A stretch of 64,000 nt of DNA from the NCBI RefSeq assembly GCF_988243305.1, contig NZ_OZ547136.1. One strand, given 5' to 3'. Both the position numbers and the translations under genes were made by a program. The notes under the pieces are model-generated. The model made no database searches and was not told where the DNA came from. It saw only the letters and a program-made list of their open reading frames with translations. How positions within the stretch are numbered: position 1 is the first letter of the stretch; each line of letters starts with the position of its first letter. Of this stretch, positions 11,966 through 21,759 are shown piece by piece.

Positions 11966-14128
11966 TTATTTCGCATCCGACTTATATTCGTATTCGTAAT
12001 AGCCATAATCCTGATACGCGCTGGCGCGACGGAAGATGGAGTTCAGAATCACCCCTTTCACCGGAATACCGTTTTGCTCAAAGCGGCTCAGACTGGTTTC
12101 CACTTCTTTCAATGTGTTGACCGCATAACGCGCCACCATTAACGTGGTTCCGACATGACGACCAACAATTGCCGCATCGGTCACTGCCAGAATCGGCGGC
12201 GTATCAATCAACACCAGGTCATAGTTTTTACTCGCCCAGTTCACCAGTTCGGCAAAGCGTTCGCTCATCAACAGTTCAGAAGGATTTGGCGGTACCTGAC
12301 CGCGCGGGATCAGGTCAAATTTGGCAATAGAGGTCGGTTTAGCAGCGGTAGTAATATCGCCCTGACCAATCAAAATTTCCGACAGGCCATTGACGTTATT
12401 GGTGCCCAACAGCTCGTGGGTGTAGCCTTTGCGCATATCGCAGTCGATCAACAACACCCGTTTATTGGTCTGACTGATCACCGCCGCCAGGTTAGCGCAG
12501 ACAAAGGTTTTACCGATTGACGGGCTAACCCCGGTCATCATCAACACATTGTTCTGCGCCTGCATCATCGCGAAGTGCAGACTGGTACGCAGACTGCGGA
12601 TGGCTTCAATCGCCAGATCGGTTGGATTCCCCACCGCCAGTAGCTGGCTCTGTTTATAGCGTTTAACCCCTTTGATGGTTTTGACGCTATCGCGCGCTTT
12701 CTGCCATTCCGACAGCGGGATGCTGGCATAGACGCTAATACCGTGTTCTTCCAGCACCTGTGGGCTTTCGATGCCGCGATTGAACAACGAGCGCAGCAGC
12801 ACACCCACGATAGAGAGCATCAGGCCGAGGATAATCGCGCCGAGGATAATCAGCCCTTTCTTCGGTTTTAGCACGCCAGGCTGGGTGATTGCCGGGTCAA
12901 CAATGCGCACATCGCCGACGGTGCTGGCCTCGGTGATTTTCAGCTCCTGCTCTTTATTCAGCAGTTGCATATAGACCTGTTGACCAGACTCGACATCGCG
13001 GGTCAGACGGACAATTTCCTGCTGGGTTTTCGGCATCGCCGTTACGCGACCGTTAAGTTTGGCTTTTTCGTCTTCCAGCGCCTGCCGTTTCTCCAGCAGC
13101 GTGCGGTACGCCGGGTGAACTTTGGTGTACAGCTTGGAGATTTCCGCTTCTTTAAAGGTCAGTTCGTTCAACTGCGCGTCGATGTTCACCATCGAATCGA
13201 GCACCGCTTTCGCTTCCAGCGGCAGATCAACAGAATCTTTATCCTGACGGAAGGCATTCAGTTTGTTTTCGGCAACATCGAGGCGGCTACGTACTTCCGG
13301 TAACTGTTGCGCGAGGAAAGCGAGGCTTTTCGACGCTTCCGCCGATTTGCGCTCAATATTTTGTTCCTGATAGTTACGGGCGATGCTGTTAAGAATGTCG
13401 CGGATCTGTTCGCGATCTTCACCGGTATAAGTCAGGCTCAAAACGCCAGCATCTTTGCCGTTCTCCGTTACCGTCAGGCTGTTTTGCAGTTGGTTGATCA
13501 TCCCCAGCGTGGAGTATTTGGTGACGGTAAACTCACTGCCCGGGCTGGCGTGAATGGCTTCAACCATCAGCGTGACGCCTTCTTTTTTCAGCATCTGGCC
13601 CGCTTGCCCACGGGCGCTAAAGCCGCCATCACTGCTCAGGGTGTAGTTTTTGTCATCAAGCACATTAAGCGTAAACACCTGATCCGCCATCTCTTTCGGG
13701 CGGTTAAAGGTGGTCACTTTCACCGTCTCGTTCTGACGTCCCATCAGGCGATCCCAGCCCGCACCGAAAATCGGGAACGTGTTTTTGCTCACCGCAATAT
13801 CGAGGTCGAGATCGTCCACCGTTTTACCAAGCACCAGACGCGAACGAATCAACTGGATCTCGGCGTCCGATGCTGGCGGTTTGTTGGCTAATGCCGAACC
13901 AATGTCCTGCACTAACGAATTGCCGCTGTTTTGCTCGATTTGTACCAGTGCGTCGGCACTATAAATCGGCGTGGCGAAGAAGGTGTAAACCACGGCACAG
14001 AGGGCGAATACGGCAGTGATGCCAATTACCCACCAGCGCGCCTCAATGACGGTGCCAACCAGGCGACCAATATCGATTTCATCACTGCCCGTTACCGGAG
14101 CGGCATGTTGTTTTACTTTTTCTGTCAT
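11966..14128 (-). CDS. wzc: Tyrosine autokinase / polysaccharide co-polymerase
   Basis: Track ORF is 732 aa; trimmed to MTEKVKQHAAPVTG... (720 aa). Walker A-like motif and C-terminal Tyr-rich tail YQDYGYYEYEYKSDAK. Confidence 0.92.
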   Translation of the reverse strand: MTEKVKQHAAPVTGSDEIDIGRLVGTVIEARWWVIGITAVFALCAVVYTFFATPIYSADALVQIEQNSGNSLVQDIGSALANKPPASDAEIQLIRSRLVLGKTVDDLDLDIAVSKNTFPIFGAGWDRLMGRQNETVKVTTFNRPKEMADQVFTLNVLDDKNYTLSSDGGFSARGQAGQMLKKEGVTLMVEAIHASPGSEFTVTKYSTLGMINQLQNSLTVTENGKDAGVLSLTYTGEDREQIRDILNSIARNYQEQNIERKSAEASKSLAFLAQQLPEVRSRLDVAENKLNAFRQDKDSVDLPLEAKAVLDSMVNIDAQLNELTFKEAEISKLYTKVHPAYRTLLEKRQALEDEKAKLNGRVTAMPKTQQEIVRLTRDVESGQQVYMQLLNKEQELKITEASTVGDVRIVDPAITQPGVLKPKKGLIILGAIILGLMLSIVGVLLRSLFNRGIESPQVLEEHGISVYASIPLSEWQKARDSVKTIKGVKRYKQSQLLAVGNPTDLAIEAIRSLRTSLHFAMMQAQNNVLMMTGVSPSIGKTFVCANLAAVISQTNKRVLLIDCDMRKGYTHELLGTNNVNGLSEILIGQGDITTAAKPTSIAKFDLIPRGQVPPNPSELLMSERFAELVNWASKNYDLVLIDTPPILAVTDAAIVGRHVGTTLMVARYAVNTLKEVETSLSRFEQNGIPVKGVILNSIFRRASAYQDYGYYEYEYKSDAK

Positions 14129-14130
14129 TC

Positions 14131-14574
14131 TTATACCTGCTCTGCGTTCAATGCCTGCGCCCACTGGCGGGCAGACCGTTCAAGTAATGTGTACACCGCT
14201 GCAAACGTTTCCCGGCTTTTGCGATACGGATCGGGGATTTCACATTCGTTATCCCAGTGACCAAACAGCATCACTTTGCCGCGCATCTCAGGTGCCATCT
14301 CGCATAAGCGTTCGATATGGCGCTTTTCCATGGTCAAAATCAGGTCGTAGTTGCGACACAGGCGACGGCTGATTTGCCGTGCACAGTGACCTTCCAGAGA
14401 CAGTTGATGTTCTGCGGCGACGCTGATAGCAGTAGGGTCAGCGCCCTTACCGACCAGCGCGCCGAGTCCAGCGGACTCCACTTTCAGCTCCGGGTGATAA
14501 CGTTGCAGTAAGCGTTCCGCCGTCGGGGAACGGCAAATATTGCCGACACAGACAACTAAGATGTTGTTAAACAT
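14131..14574 (-). CDS. wzb: Low-molecular-weight protein-tyrosine phosphatase
   Basis: 147-aa ORF with the CVGNICRSP phosphatase P-loop. Confidence 0.95.
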   Translation of the reverse strand: MFNNILVVCVGNICRSPTAERLLQRYHPELKVESAGLGALVGKGADPTAISVAAEHQLSLEGHCARQISRRLCRNYDLILTMEKRHIERLCEMAPEMRGKVMLFGHWDNECEIPDPYRKSRETFAAVYTLLERSARQWAQALNAEQV

Positions 14575-14579
14575 GACGA

Positions 14580-15719
14580 TTACCAGTTATGAATGTCGCT
14601 GGCTGTATCCGTCATGTAACGGACACCGCTAATAGTTGGCAGCAACTGATTGATCAGACGGTTCCAGCGGGAAACCGGGGCGGTGGTGACATACACCACG
14701 TCATAAGGTTGCAGGCGGAATTCTGTCGCCATCACCAGCGACGTGGCATCGGACATATCCAGCTGGTAGATATTGGCAATCTTGCCGTTACGCCCACCCT
14801 CGCCTTTCAGCGGACGAATGACAAAGATGCCGCTGGCGTTGGAGGTGGTCATGTCGATGCCTTCAGCATTGCCCAGGGCTTCAGTCAGGGTCATGCCGCT
14901 AAAGTCCATTTTCAGGGTGCTCTGTTTTTTAACTTCACCCATCACAAATACTTTCAGATCATCATTACGCGGCACGTAGAGAATATCGCCGGGGTAAAGC
15001 AGTCGGTTCTGATTGAGGTCGCCGTTTTGCATCAGCGCCTGCAAAGAAATGCGTTCTTCACGACCATTGTGTGTTAGCACCACGTTGCGCCAGTCAGCGG
15101 TGTCGGTCAGACCACCTGCGGCGTTGATGGCATCGAGAATGGTCAGTGGTACGTTGGTGATGGCCTGTTGACCGGATTTATTCACCTGACCTGAGATATA
15201 CGCTTTTTGCGAGCGGAAGGCGGCGATATTAACGTCCACCTGCGGGTCAGCGATGTACGTCGCTAAGCGCCCGGTAATATCACTGCGGATTTCAGCGAGC
15301 GTTTTCCCCACCACGTGAACTTTGCCGATATACGGGTAGAACATGGTGCCGTCAGGCTGTACCCAGTTGCCGGTGTCGCTGGAGCTGCGGTACTGACCGG
15401 CTGGCGTGGTAAGTTCCGGGTGATCCCAGACGGTGACATTAAGAACGTCCCCCGGCCCGACGCGATACTGGTAATTCGCGATCTCGCTTTCCAGCGTCAT
15501 ATTGGGGCGCGCTACGTTGGGTCGTGGGCGTAATTGATCAATCAGGCGCGGGGTCAACGGATAAACATTCACCATTTTGTCGAGATCGAAATCAGCGTCC
15601 TGCTGTTTGATGACGTCTTTGCCCATCGTCGACATATTGCTGCCCGGAAGTACTGTGCAACCGCTTATCAAGGTTACTGACACCAATAATGGCATCAATT
15701 TCATTTTGGATTTCATCAT
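14580..15719 (-). CDS. wza: Outer-membrane polysaccharide export lipoprotein
   Basis: 379-aa [24 protein letters not shown]... with signal peptide and lipobox; first gene of the cluster. Confidence 0.95.
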   Translation of the reverse strand: MMKSKMKLMPLLVSVTLISGCTVLPGSNMSTMGKDVIKQQDADFDLDKMVNVYPLTPRLIDQLRPRPNVARPNMTLESEIANYQYRVGPGDVLNVTVWDHPELTTPAGQYRSSSDTGNWVQPDGTMFYPYIGKVHVVGKTLAEIRSDITGRLATYIADPQVDVNIAAFRSQKAYISGQVNKSGQQAITNVPLTILDAINAAGGLTDTADWRNVVLTHNGREERISLQALMQNGDLNQNRLLYPGDILYVPRNDDLKVFVMGEVKKQSTLKMDFSGMTLTEALGNAEGIDMTTSNASGIFVIRPLKGEGGRNGKIANIYQLDMSDATSLVMATEFRLQPYDVVYVTTAPVSRWNRLINQLLPTISGVRYMTDTASDIHNW

Positions 15720-15897
15720 TGTTTATTTATCACTTTGGCAGAGTAATTATCCTGTGCACTATTAATAGCAATGTCGCCATGCACATTTACCTTGCAGTTA
15801 ATTGAATAAAAATTTAACTGGCATCAGTCCTAAAAAAATTGATTTCATCCGCAGGCTATTGACAGAATAATTCAGACTGGTCTTTCAGGCATCCAGA

Positions 15898-15909
15898 CAC
15901 GCTACCGCC
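15898..15909 (-). promoter_or_regulatory. ops element (RfaH recruitment site) within the JUMPstart leader upstream of wza
   Basis: Minus strand reads GGCGGTAGCGTG (plus strand cacgctaccgcc), matching the ops consensus GGCGGTAGnnTG, about 180 nt upstream of the wza start. Confidence 0.8.
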
Positions 15910-16377
15910 CCTGGCTTTTTAGCTACCAATACACTGATTTAGCTTAATTTTTAAAACCCTCTCAACATACAGTCGTTGATGAGAAAGGGTTATTGCGGAA
16001 ATTAACTTCCGAATATAAGGTGACATTATGGTAATTGAATATTGGCTCTCCAATAATGCAGGAGGAAGTGTTACAGCTAACGGAATAGCAGGCAAGGTAA
16101 CAATTCGGCAATTGGCTATTTTTAAGAATTATATTAAGTGTCATTCAACATGGTTTTTAGGAGTTTCTTTAGGTTGACAATATTTAATATAGTGTCTCCA
16201 CATGCGATATTTCTTAAATAATGTTTTATTATTACCACTTTTAATTCAGGGATAATGTGAGGTTATAAACCTCAAATAATATGAGATAAATAGTGCTGCA
16301 ACATTGCATTTTTGCCCCGATTTATCCATGATCGAATTGTGACATTTGTCATACAACGAATAGGTTTTGTACTTACT

Positions 16378-17961
16378 ATGGAATGGATTGCCGATCCGTC
16401 TATCTGGGCCGGGTTAATCACGCTGATTGTGATCGAACTGGTCCTCGGCATTGATAACCTGGTCTTTATTGCCATCCTCGCCGAAAAACTACCGCCGAAG
16501 CAGCGCGACCGCGCACGGGTTACCGGGCTGCTGCTGGCGATGTTAATGCGCCTGTTACTGCTGGCGTCAATCTCCTGGCTGGTCACCCTGACACAACCGC
16601 TATTCAGCTTTCGCTCGTTTACCTTTAGCGCCCGCGACTTAATCATGCTGTTTGGTGGTTTCTTCCTGCTGTTCAAAGCCACGATGGAGCTGAACGAACG
16701 GCTGGAAGGGAAAGACAGCAATAACCCCACGCAACGCAAAGGTGCGAAGTTCTGGGGGGTGGTGACACAAATTGTGGTACTGGACGCCATCTTCTCACTC
16801 GACTCGGTGATTACCGCCGTCGGGATGGTCGACCATTTACTGGTCATGATGGCCGCCGTCGTTATCGCTATTAGCCTGATGTTGATGGCCAGCAAGCCGT
16901 TAACGCAATTTGTTAACAGTCACCCGACGATCGTTATTCTCTGCTTAAGCTTCCTGTTGATGATTGGCTTTAGCCTGGTGGCAGAAGGTTTCGGCTTCGT
17001 CATTCCGAAAGGCTACCTGTACGCTGCTATTGGTTTCTCGGTGATGATCGAGGCGCTCAATCAGTTGGCTATCTTTAACCGGCGACGTTTTCTTTCCGCT
17101 AACCAGACACTGCGCCAGCGGACTACCGAAGCGGTAATGCGCCTGCTTAGCGGGCAAAAAGAAGATGCGGAACTGGACGCCGAAACCGCGTCCATGCTGG
17201 TGGATCATGGTAACCAGCAGATCTTTAATCCGCAGGAACGGCGGATGATTGAGCGGGTACTTAATCTTAACCAGCGTACTGTCAGCAGCATTATGACGTC
17301 GCGCCACGATATTGAGCATATCGATCTCAACGCGCCGGAAGAAGAAATCCGCCAGTTGCTGGAGCGAAATCAGCATACGCGGTTGGTGGTTACCGACGGT
17401 GATGACGCAGAAGATTTGCTCGGTGTTGTTCACGTTATCGACCTGCTACAACAGTCACTGCGCGGCGAACCGCTCAACCTGCGGGTGTTGATTCGCCAGC
17501 CGCTGGTGTTCCCGGAAACCTTGCCGTTGTTACCTGCTTTGGAGCAGTTCCGTAATGCCCGCACACACTTTGCTTTTGTGGTGGATGAGTTTGGCTCGGT
17601 GGAAGGGATTGTGACATTAAGTGACGTCACGGAAACTATTGCCGGTAACTTGCCGAACGAAGTGGAAGAGATCGACGCCCGCCATGATATTCAGAAAAAC
17701 GCCGACGGTTCCTGGACGGCGAATGGTCATATGCCACTGGAAGATCTGGTGCAATATGTGCCGCTACCGCTGGATGAGAAACGCGAATATCACACCATTG
17801 CCGGGCTGCTGATGGAATATTTGCAGCGTATTCCAAAACCTGGCGAAGAAGTTCAGGTGGGGGATTATTTGCTTAAAACGTTGCAGGTGGAAAGCCATCG
17901 CGTGCAGAAGGTGCAGATTATACCGCTGCGTAAGGATGGCGAGATGGAGTACGAGGTGTGA
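16378..17961 (+). CDS. yegH: Inner-membrane protein with TerC-like integral domain, CBS pair and CorC/HlyC C-terminal domain
   Basis: Track ORF is 549 aa; trimmed to [18 protein letters not shown]... (527 aa). Confidence 0.9.
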   Translation: MEWIADPSIWAGLITLIVIELVLGIDNLVFIAILAEKLPPKQRDRARVTGLLLAMLMRLLLLASISWLVTLTQPLFSFRSFTFSARDLIMLFGGFFLLFKATMELNERLEGKDSNNPTQRKGAKFWGVVTQIVVLDAIFSLDSVITAVGMVDHLLVMMAAVVIAISLMLMASKPLTQFVNSHPTIVILCLSFLLMIGFSLVAEGFGFVIPKGYLYAAIGFSVMIEALNQLAIFNRRRFLSANQTLRQRTTEAVMRLLSGQKEDAELDAETASMLVDHGNQQIFNPQERRMIERVLNLNQRTVSSIMTSRHDIEHIDLNAPEEEIRQLLERNQHTRLVVTDGDDAEDLLGVVHVIDLLQQSLRGEPLNLRVLIRQPLVFPETLPLLPALEQFRNARTHFAFVVDEFGSVEGIVTLSDVTETIAGNLPNEVEEIDARHDIQKNADGSWTANGHMPLEDLVQYVPLPLDEKREYHTIAGLLMEYLQRIPKPGEEVQVGDYLLKTLQVESHRVQKVQIIPLRKDGEMEYEV

Positions 17962-18064
17962 TGGTATCGCCATTTTACCCGATGCTGCGTAACGCCTTAT
18001 AACTTCAGCAATGAAGCGATGTCTGTGGTACATGGACATCACAGCGGGGGTGTGGGTCCGGGTT

Positions 18065-18095
18065 GCCAGGGTGGTGGAGATTGAGCCACCCTGGC
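18065..18095. other. Perfect 10-bp inverted repeat (hairpin) in the yegH-asmA intergenic region
   Basis: gccagggtgg / 11-nt loop / ccaccctggc; no flanking T-run. Confidence 0.4.
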
Positions 18096-18194
18096 ACGTT
18101 CACCGGCTTGAGCGTTCCATAGTAGCGAGGAACATCAAGTGAACGGAACAGCCTTCGATCTTACATATTCAGAATATAATGGTGCCGCCACGAA

Positions 18195-18236
18195 CGCCTG
18201 ATGCGACGCTTTACGCGTCTTATCAGGCCTACAGGA
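18195..18236. repeat. REP palindromic element
   Basis: gcctgatgcgacgctttacgcgtcttatcaggcctacagg. Confidence 0.75.
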
Positions 18237-18252
18237 CAGGTCACCTGGTAAA

Positions 18253-20106
18253 CTACATCTTCTCCAGCAACTTCTTCACATCTTTGCCATTGCGGGAATC
18301 TTTATTCCGCTCGGCCCAGTCATTCAGGCGACGTTTCGCTTCGTCCTGTAGATGTTTGCGCAGCAGCTGGTCCACTTGCAGGCTGTAATTGAGTTGCTGC
18401 CAGTTGCCATAAACCCGCAGCGGTACTGGCGTTTCTTTGAGGAAATCAATCAGTTTGCTTTCTCCGTTCCATCCACCCACGACCCGAATATCAAACTGGG
18501 TGTCGCAGGTTTGCTCCGCCAGATTCAACGTACCAGCCCCGGAAAGCGCCAGCACAGGCGATTGACCTTGCATGTCGTTTAACGTCACGACGCCATCCTT
18601 CAACGTCAAATAGGTGGTAAAGCGGTCAAGACGCGTCACGTTATCGAAGTTTTCAGCGGCCTTCACATCACCACCATTACGTTCTACCGCTTGCTGAATC
18701 ATCTGCTGGAAGTTCATCCCTTCCATGCGTGTGTCGGTCATTTCGACATGTGCCTGTCCTTGCCAGTTGTGGCGGAATGCGTCGGCATCTATGTCAGCAC
18801 CGGAGAAATCACCAGCCAGTGACATCTTTCCGGTCAACGAAATCGGATAGTTAAACGCCTTCAGAATGGTGCCTATCTCAACGTTTTCCAGCCGTGGCTG
18901 GAAGTTTATCCGCGGATTTATTGATGTCGCGTCCAGCGTGCCCGGCAGTGAAACCTGTCCACCGTTAAGCTTGCCCTGCAGTTGAGTAATTTCCAGCAAA
19001 CCCGACTTGTTGGTCATTTGCGTGGCAACATCTGTAAAATTCATTCCGCGCCAGCGCACGTTACTGGCCTGCAACAAAATATCAGCCGTAAAGCCTTGCA
19101 GTCCCTGATAGGCCGGTTCATCAATACGCGAAGAAATGACCGGGCGCGGCAACGTTGATTGGCTCTGCCCCTGCTGCGCGGCACCGTTTTCACCGTTCGC
19201 TGTTTCATTAAGCGGGATGAGGTTGTCAAGATTCAGTTGCGGGAATTGCAGTCTCAGCTGCCATTCCGGTTTCTCTGTCAACGTGACCTGTGCTTGCCCG
19301 CTCAGCGTACTGTCATTGGCGGTCAAACTAATTTGGTTAAATGAAAGGCGTTTATGTGACTCCTGCCACTGGGCCTGGAAACTCCCCTGCCCCTGAATAC
19401 CTTGTTTTGGTAAATCTGCACCCTGCAACTGCCAGTTAATTTGTTCAATAGCCGCCGTTAAATCATGCGGATAATCAGAAGCATCTACCGTACCGTTAAG
19501 GGATATCGTGAGATCGCGCTGATCGCGATTAACCCGCCCGGAGAACTCAAATGAGCCACGATGTTGGGGATCTTGTTCCATTTGCAGACGGATATTGCGG
19601 ATTGTCACCTGCTCGTCATCTTCATGCTGGAACACCAGCACGCTGTCCGCCACCTTAAGACTGGATATATCAAACGACCATCCGCGATCGTCTGACAGAT
19701 CCGGCAAGGTATTGTCGCGCGGTGCAACCGGAGCGTCTTCACTGCGCACCGCTTCCGTCTGCGGCGTCAGTTGGATCACTGCCCCTTTTAGCATCACCTG
19801 CTTAACGCTCAGTTGATGACTCAGTAGTGGTAAAAGCGCCACGTCCAGACGCATGTTGTCGGCGCGAACCAGTGGCTGGCTCGCGCCCTGGGCGGTGAGA
19901 GACATTCGCCCGGAGAGGATACTAAGCTGCGGCCAGACGTGCCAACGCAGTGGCCCGTCGAGCTGCAATTGATAACCGCTACGTGCAGCAACTTGCTTGA
20001 CCATATAGTCGCGGAAATCATTCGGATTCACCAGCAACACTAACGCAGATAACCCGGCCACCAGCACGACCAGGAGTATCATCAGCGTCGTCAGAAATCG
20101 TCTCAT
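18253..20106 (-). CDS. asmA: AsmA outer-membrane assembly / lipid transport protein
   Basis: 617-aa ORF with N-terminal membrane anchor MRRFLTTLMILLVVLVAGLSALVLLV. Confidence 0.92.
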   Translation of the reverse strand: MRRFLTTLMILLVVLVAGLSALVLLVNPNDFRDYMVKQVAARSGYQLQLDGPLRWHVWPQLSILSGRMSLTAQGASQPLVRADNMRLDVALLPLLSHQLSVKQVMLKGAVIQLTPQTEAVRSEDAPVAPRDNTLPDLSDDRGWSFDISSLKVADSVLVFQHEDDEQVTIRNIRLQMEQDPQHRGSFEFSGRVNRDQRDLTISLNGTVDASDYPHDLTAAIEQINWQLQGADLPKQGIQGQGSFQAQWQESHKRLSFNQISLTANDSTLSGQAQVTLTEKPEWQLRLQFPQLNLDNLIPLNETANGENGAAQQGQSQSTLPRPVISSRIDEPAYQGLQGFTADILLQASNVRWRGMNFTDVATQMTNKSGLLEITQLQGKLNGGQVSLPGTLDATSINPRINFQPRLENVEIGTILKAFNYPISLTGKMSLAGDFSGADIDADAFRHNWQGQAHVEMTDTRMEGMNFQQMIQQAVERNGGDVKAAENFDNVTRLDRFTTYLTLKDGVVTLNDMQGQSPVLALSGAGTLNLAEQTCDTQFDIRVVGGWNGESKLIDFLKETPVPLRVYGNWQQLNYSLQVDQLLRKHLQDEAKRRLNDWAERNKDSRNGKDVKKLLEKM

Positions 20107-20127
20107 GGTATCCTCAATGGGCCTGAA

Positions 20128-20709
20128 TTAGTCTTTATCGATTCGGCTGGCTACCGCGCCCTGCTGGTTGCGATATTTCGCATCTTCACGGCGGTTGTAA
20201 GGTCGCGCCGCCGGGCCGGAAAGCGGCTCAAAGCTCAGCGCACCAATTAACATGCCCGGACGCAGCGCCAGCGGCAGCTTACCGGAGTTGTAGAACTCCA
20301 GCACAATACAGCCAGACCAGCCCGGATCGATACGGTGCGCGGTGACGTGCACCATAAGCCCCAGACGCGCCAGTGAGGAACGACCGTCCAGCCATCCCAC
20401 CAGATCGGCTGGCAGCGTCACCGACTCCAGCGTCACCGCCAGCGCCAGCTCTCCTGGGTGAAGATAAAACGCCTCGCTTTCATCGAGTACGATCTCATCG
20501 CTCATCACGCGGTCAAGCGCGGCGCTCACTTCATCTTTGGGACCGCTCAGATCGATAAACGCTGCCGTGTGACCACGGAAGGTACGAAATTTATTGCCCA
20601 GGCGCACATCCACCGTCGCGCCATTAATACGCTCCACTGGCGGACGTGGGTTGATCGACAAACGGCCTTCATCAAGCCAGGCTTCAATATCTCGGTCACA
20701 CAGACGCAT
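20128..20709 (-). CDS. dcd: dCTP deaminase
   Basis: 193-aa [26 protein letters not shown]... Confidence 0.95.
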   Translation of the reverse strand: MRLCDRDIEAWLDEGRLSINPRPPVERINGATVDVRLGNKFRTFRGHTAAFIDLSGPKDEVSAALDRVMSDEIVLDESEAFYLHPGELALAVTLESVTLPADLVGWLDGRSSLARLGLMVHVTAHRIDPGWSGCIVLEFYNSGKLPLALRPGMLIGALSFEPLSGPAARPYNRREDAKYRNQQGAVASRIDKD

Positions 20710-20800
20710 GGCATTTTCTCCTTTCGTGCATCACTCCCTTAACGCCAATTACGTCAAGGGCATACCAGGTTATCACTGAACGGTACACAATTTATCAAGC

Positions 20801-21442
20801 TTATTCAAAGAACTGACTTATTTTCGCTTTCAATATATCGATGGCGATGCGGTTTTTCCCGCCGCGCGGCACGATAATGTCCGCATATTGTTTAGAAGGC
20901 TCAATGAATTGCAGGAACATCGGACGCACGGTTTTTTGATATTGCGCCATCACTGAATCCATTGAACGCCCACGCTCGTTAACGTCACGCTTGATGCGGC
21001 GCATCAGGCAGATATCCAGCGGGGTATCAACGAAAATTGAGAAGTTAAGTTCATCACGCAAACGCGCATCCGTTAGCAGCAAAATGCCTTCGAGAATGAT
21101 GACTTTCTTCGGCTCAACCGTCACCGTTTCTTTCATACGCGTATGTTCAACATAGCTGTAAACCGGCAGGTCAATTGCCGAGCCGCGTTTCAACGCTTGT
21201 AAATGCTCAAGCAGCAGGCTGTGATCCATCGCGCTGGGATGGTCGTAGTTGGTCTTAACGCGTTCTTCCATCGACAGATGGCTTTGATCTTTGTAATAGC
21301 AGTCTTCGGGAATTACGCCGATGTGTTCATCACCGACTTGCTCACGTAATTCACGATAAAGGGTACTGGCAATAAGACTCTTGCCGGAAGCCGATGCGCC
21401 AGCGATACCGATAATGACGCACTGATGAGACTGATCAGTCAT
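20801..21442 (-). CDS. udk: Uridine/cytidine kinase
   Basis: Track ORF is 234 aa; trimmed to [22 protein letters not shown]... (213 aa) with Walker A GASASGKS. Confidence 0.92.
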
Positions 21443-21759
21443 ATATTTAGCGACCTGATTAACCTGGATGTTAGGAAGGGGGCGACGAAGCGCCAAACGC
21501 GGCAATTATAGGGATTTCATCCGCCTGATACCAGTCGAATAGCGTTGCCGCGCGCTCAGAGTTAATTGTTGACAAAGAATTCCCGGTGGCAAATTACGTT
21601 GATCAGTTTTATACAAGGTAAAAAATGTTATACGCCGTTGCGCAAATTATCCGCCTTTACGTCACTTTATGAGCAATTCGCATATAAAATGTAAAACTTT
21701 TGTACTAGCATAAACACAGAAACGAATACTGGCGACCTGGTCTTGCGGATAAAGCGGTA

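Noticed and set aside
16131-16146. Possible RcsAB box (taagaattatattaag) in the wza upstream region.
   Set aside because: Only a partial match to the TaAGaatatTCctA consensus, and the position relative to the promoter cannot be fixed from sequence alone. Too weak to report as a feature.
16272-16895. 207-aa minus-strand ORF.
   Set aside because: Antisense to the 5' part of yegH; Ser/Thr-rich low-complexity translation without protein-like features.
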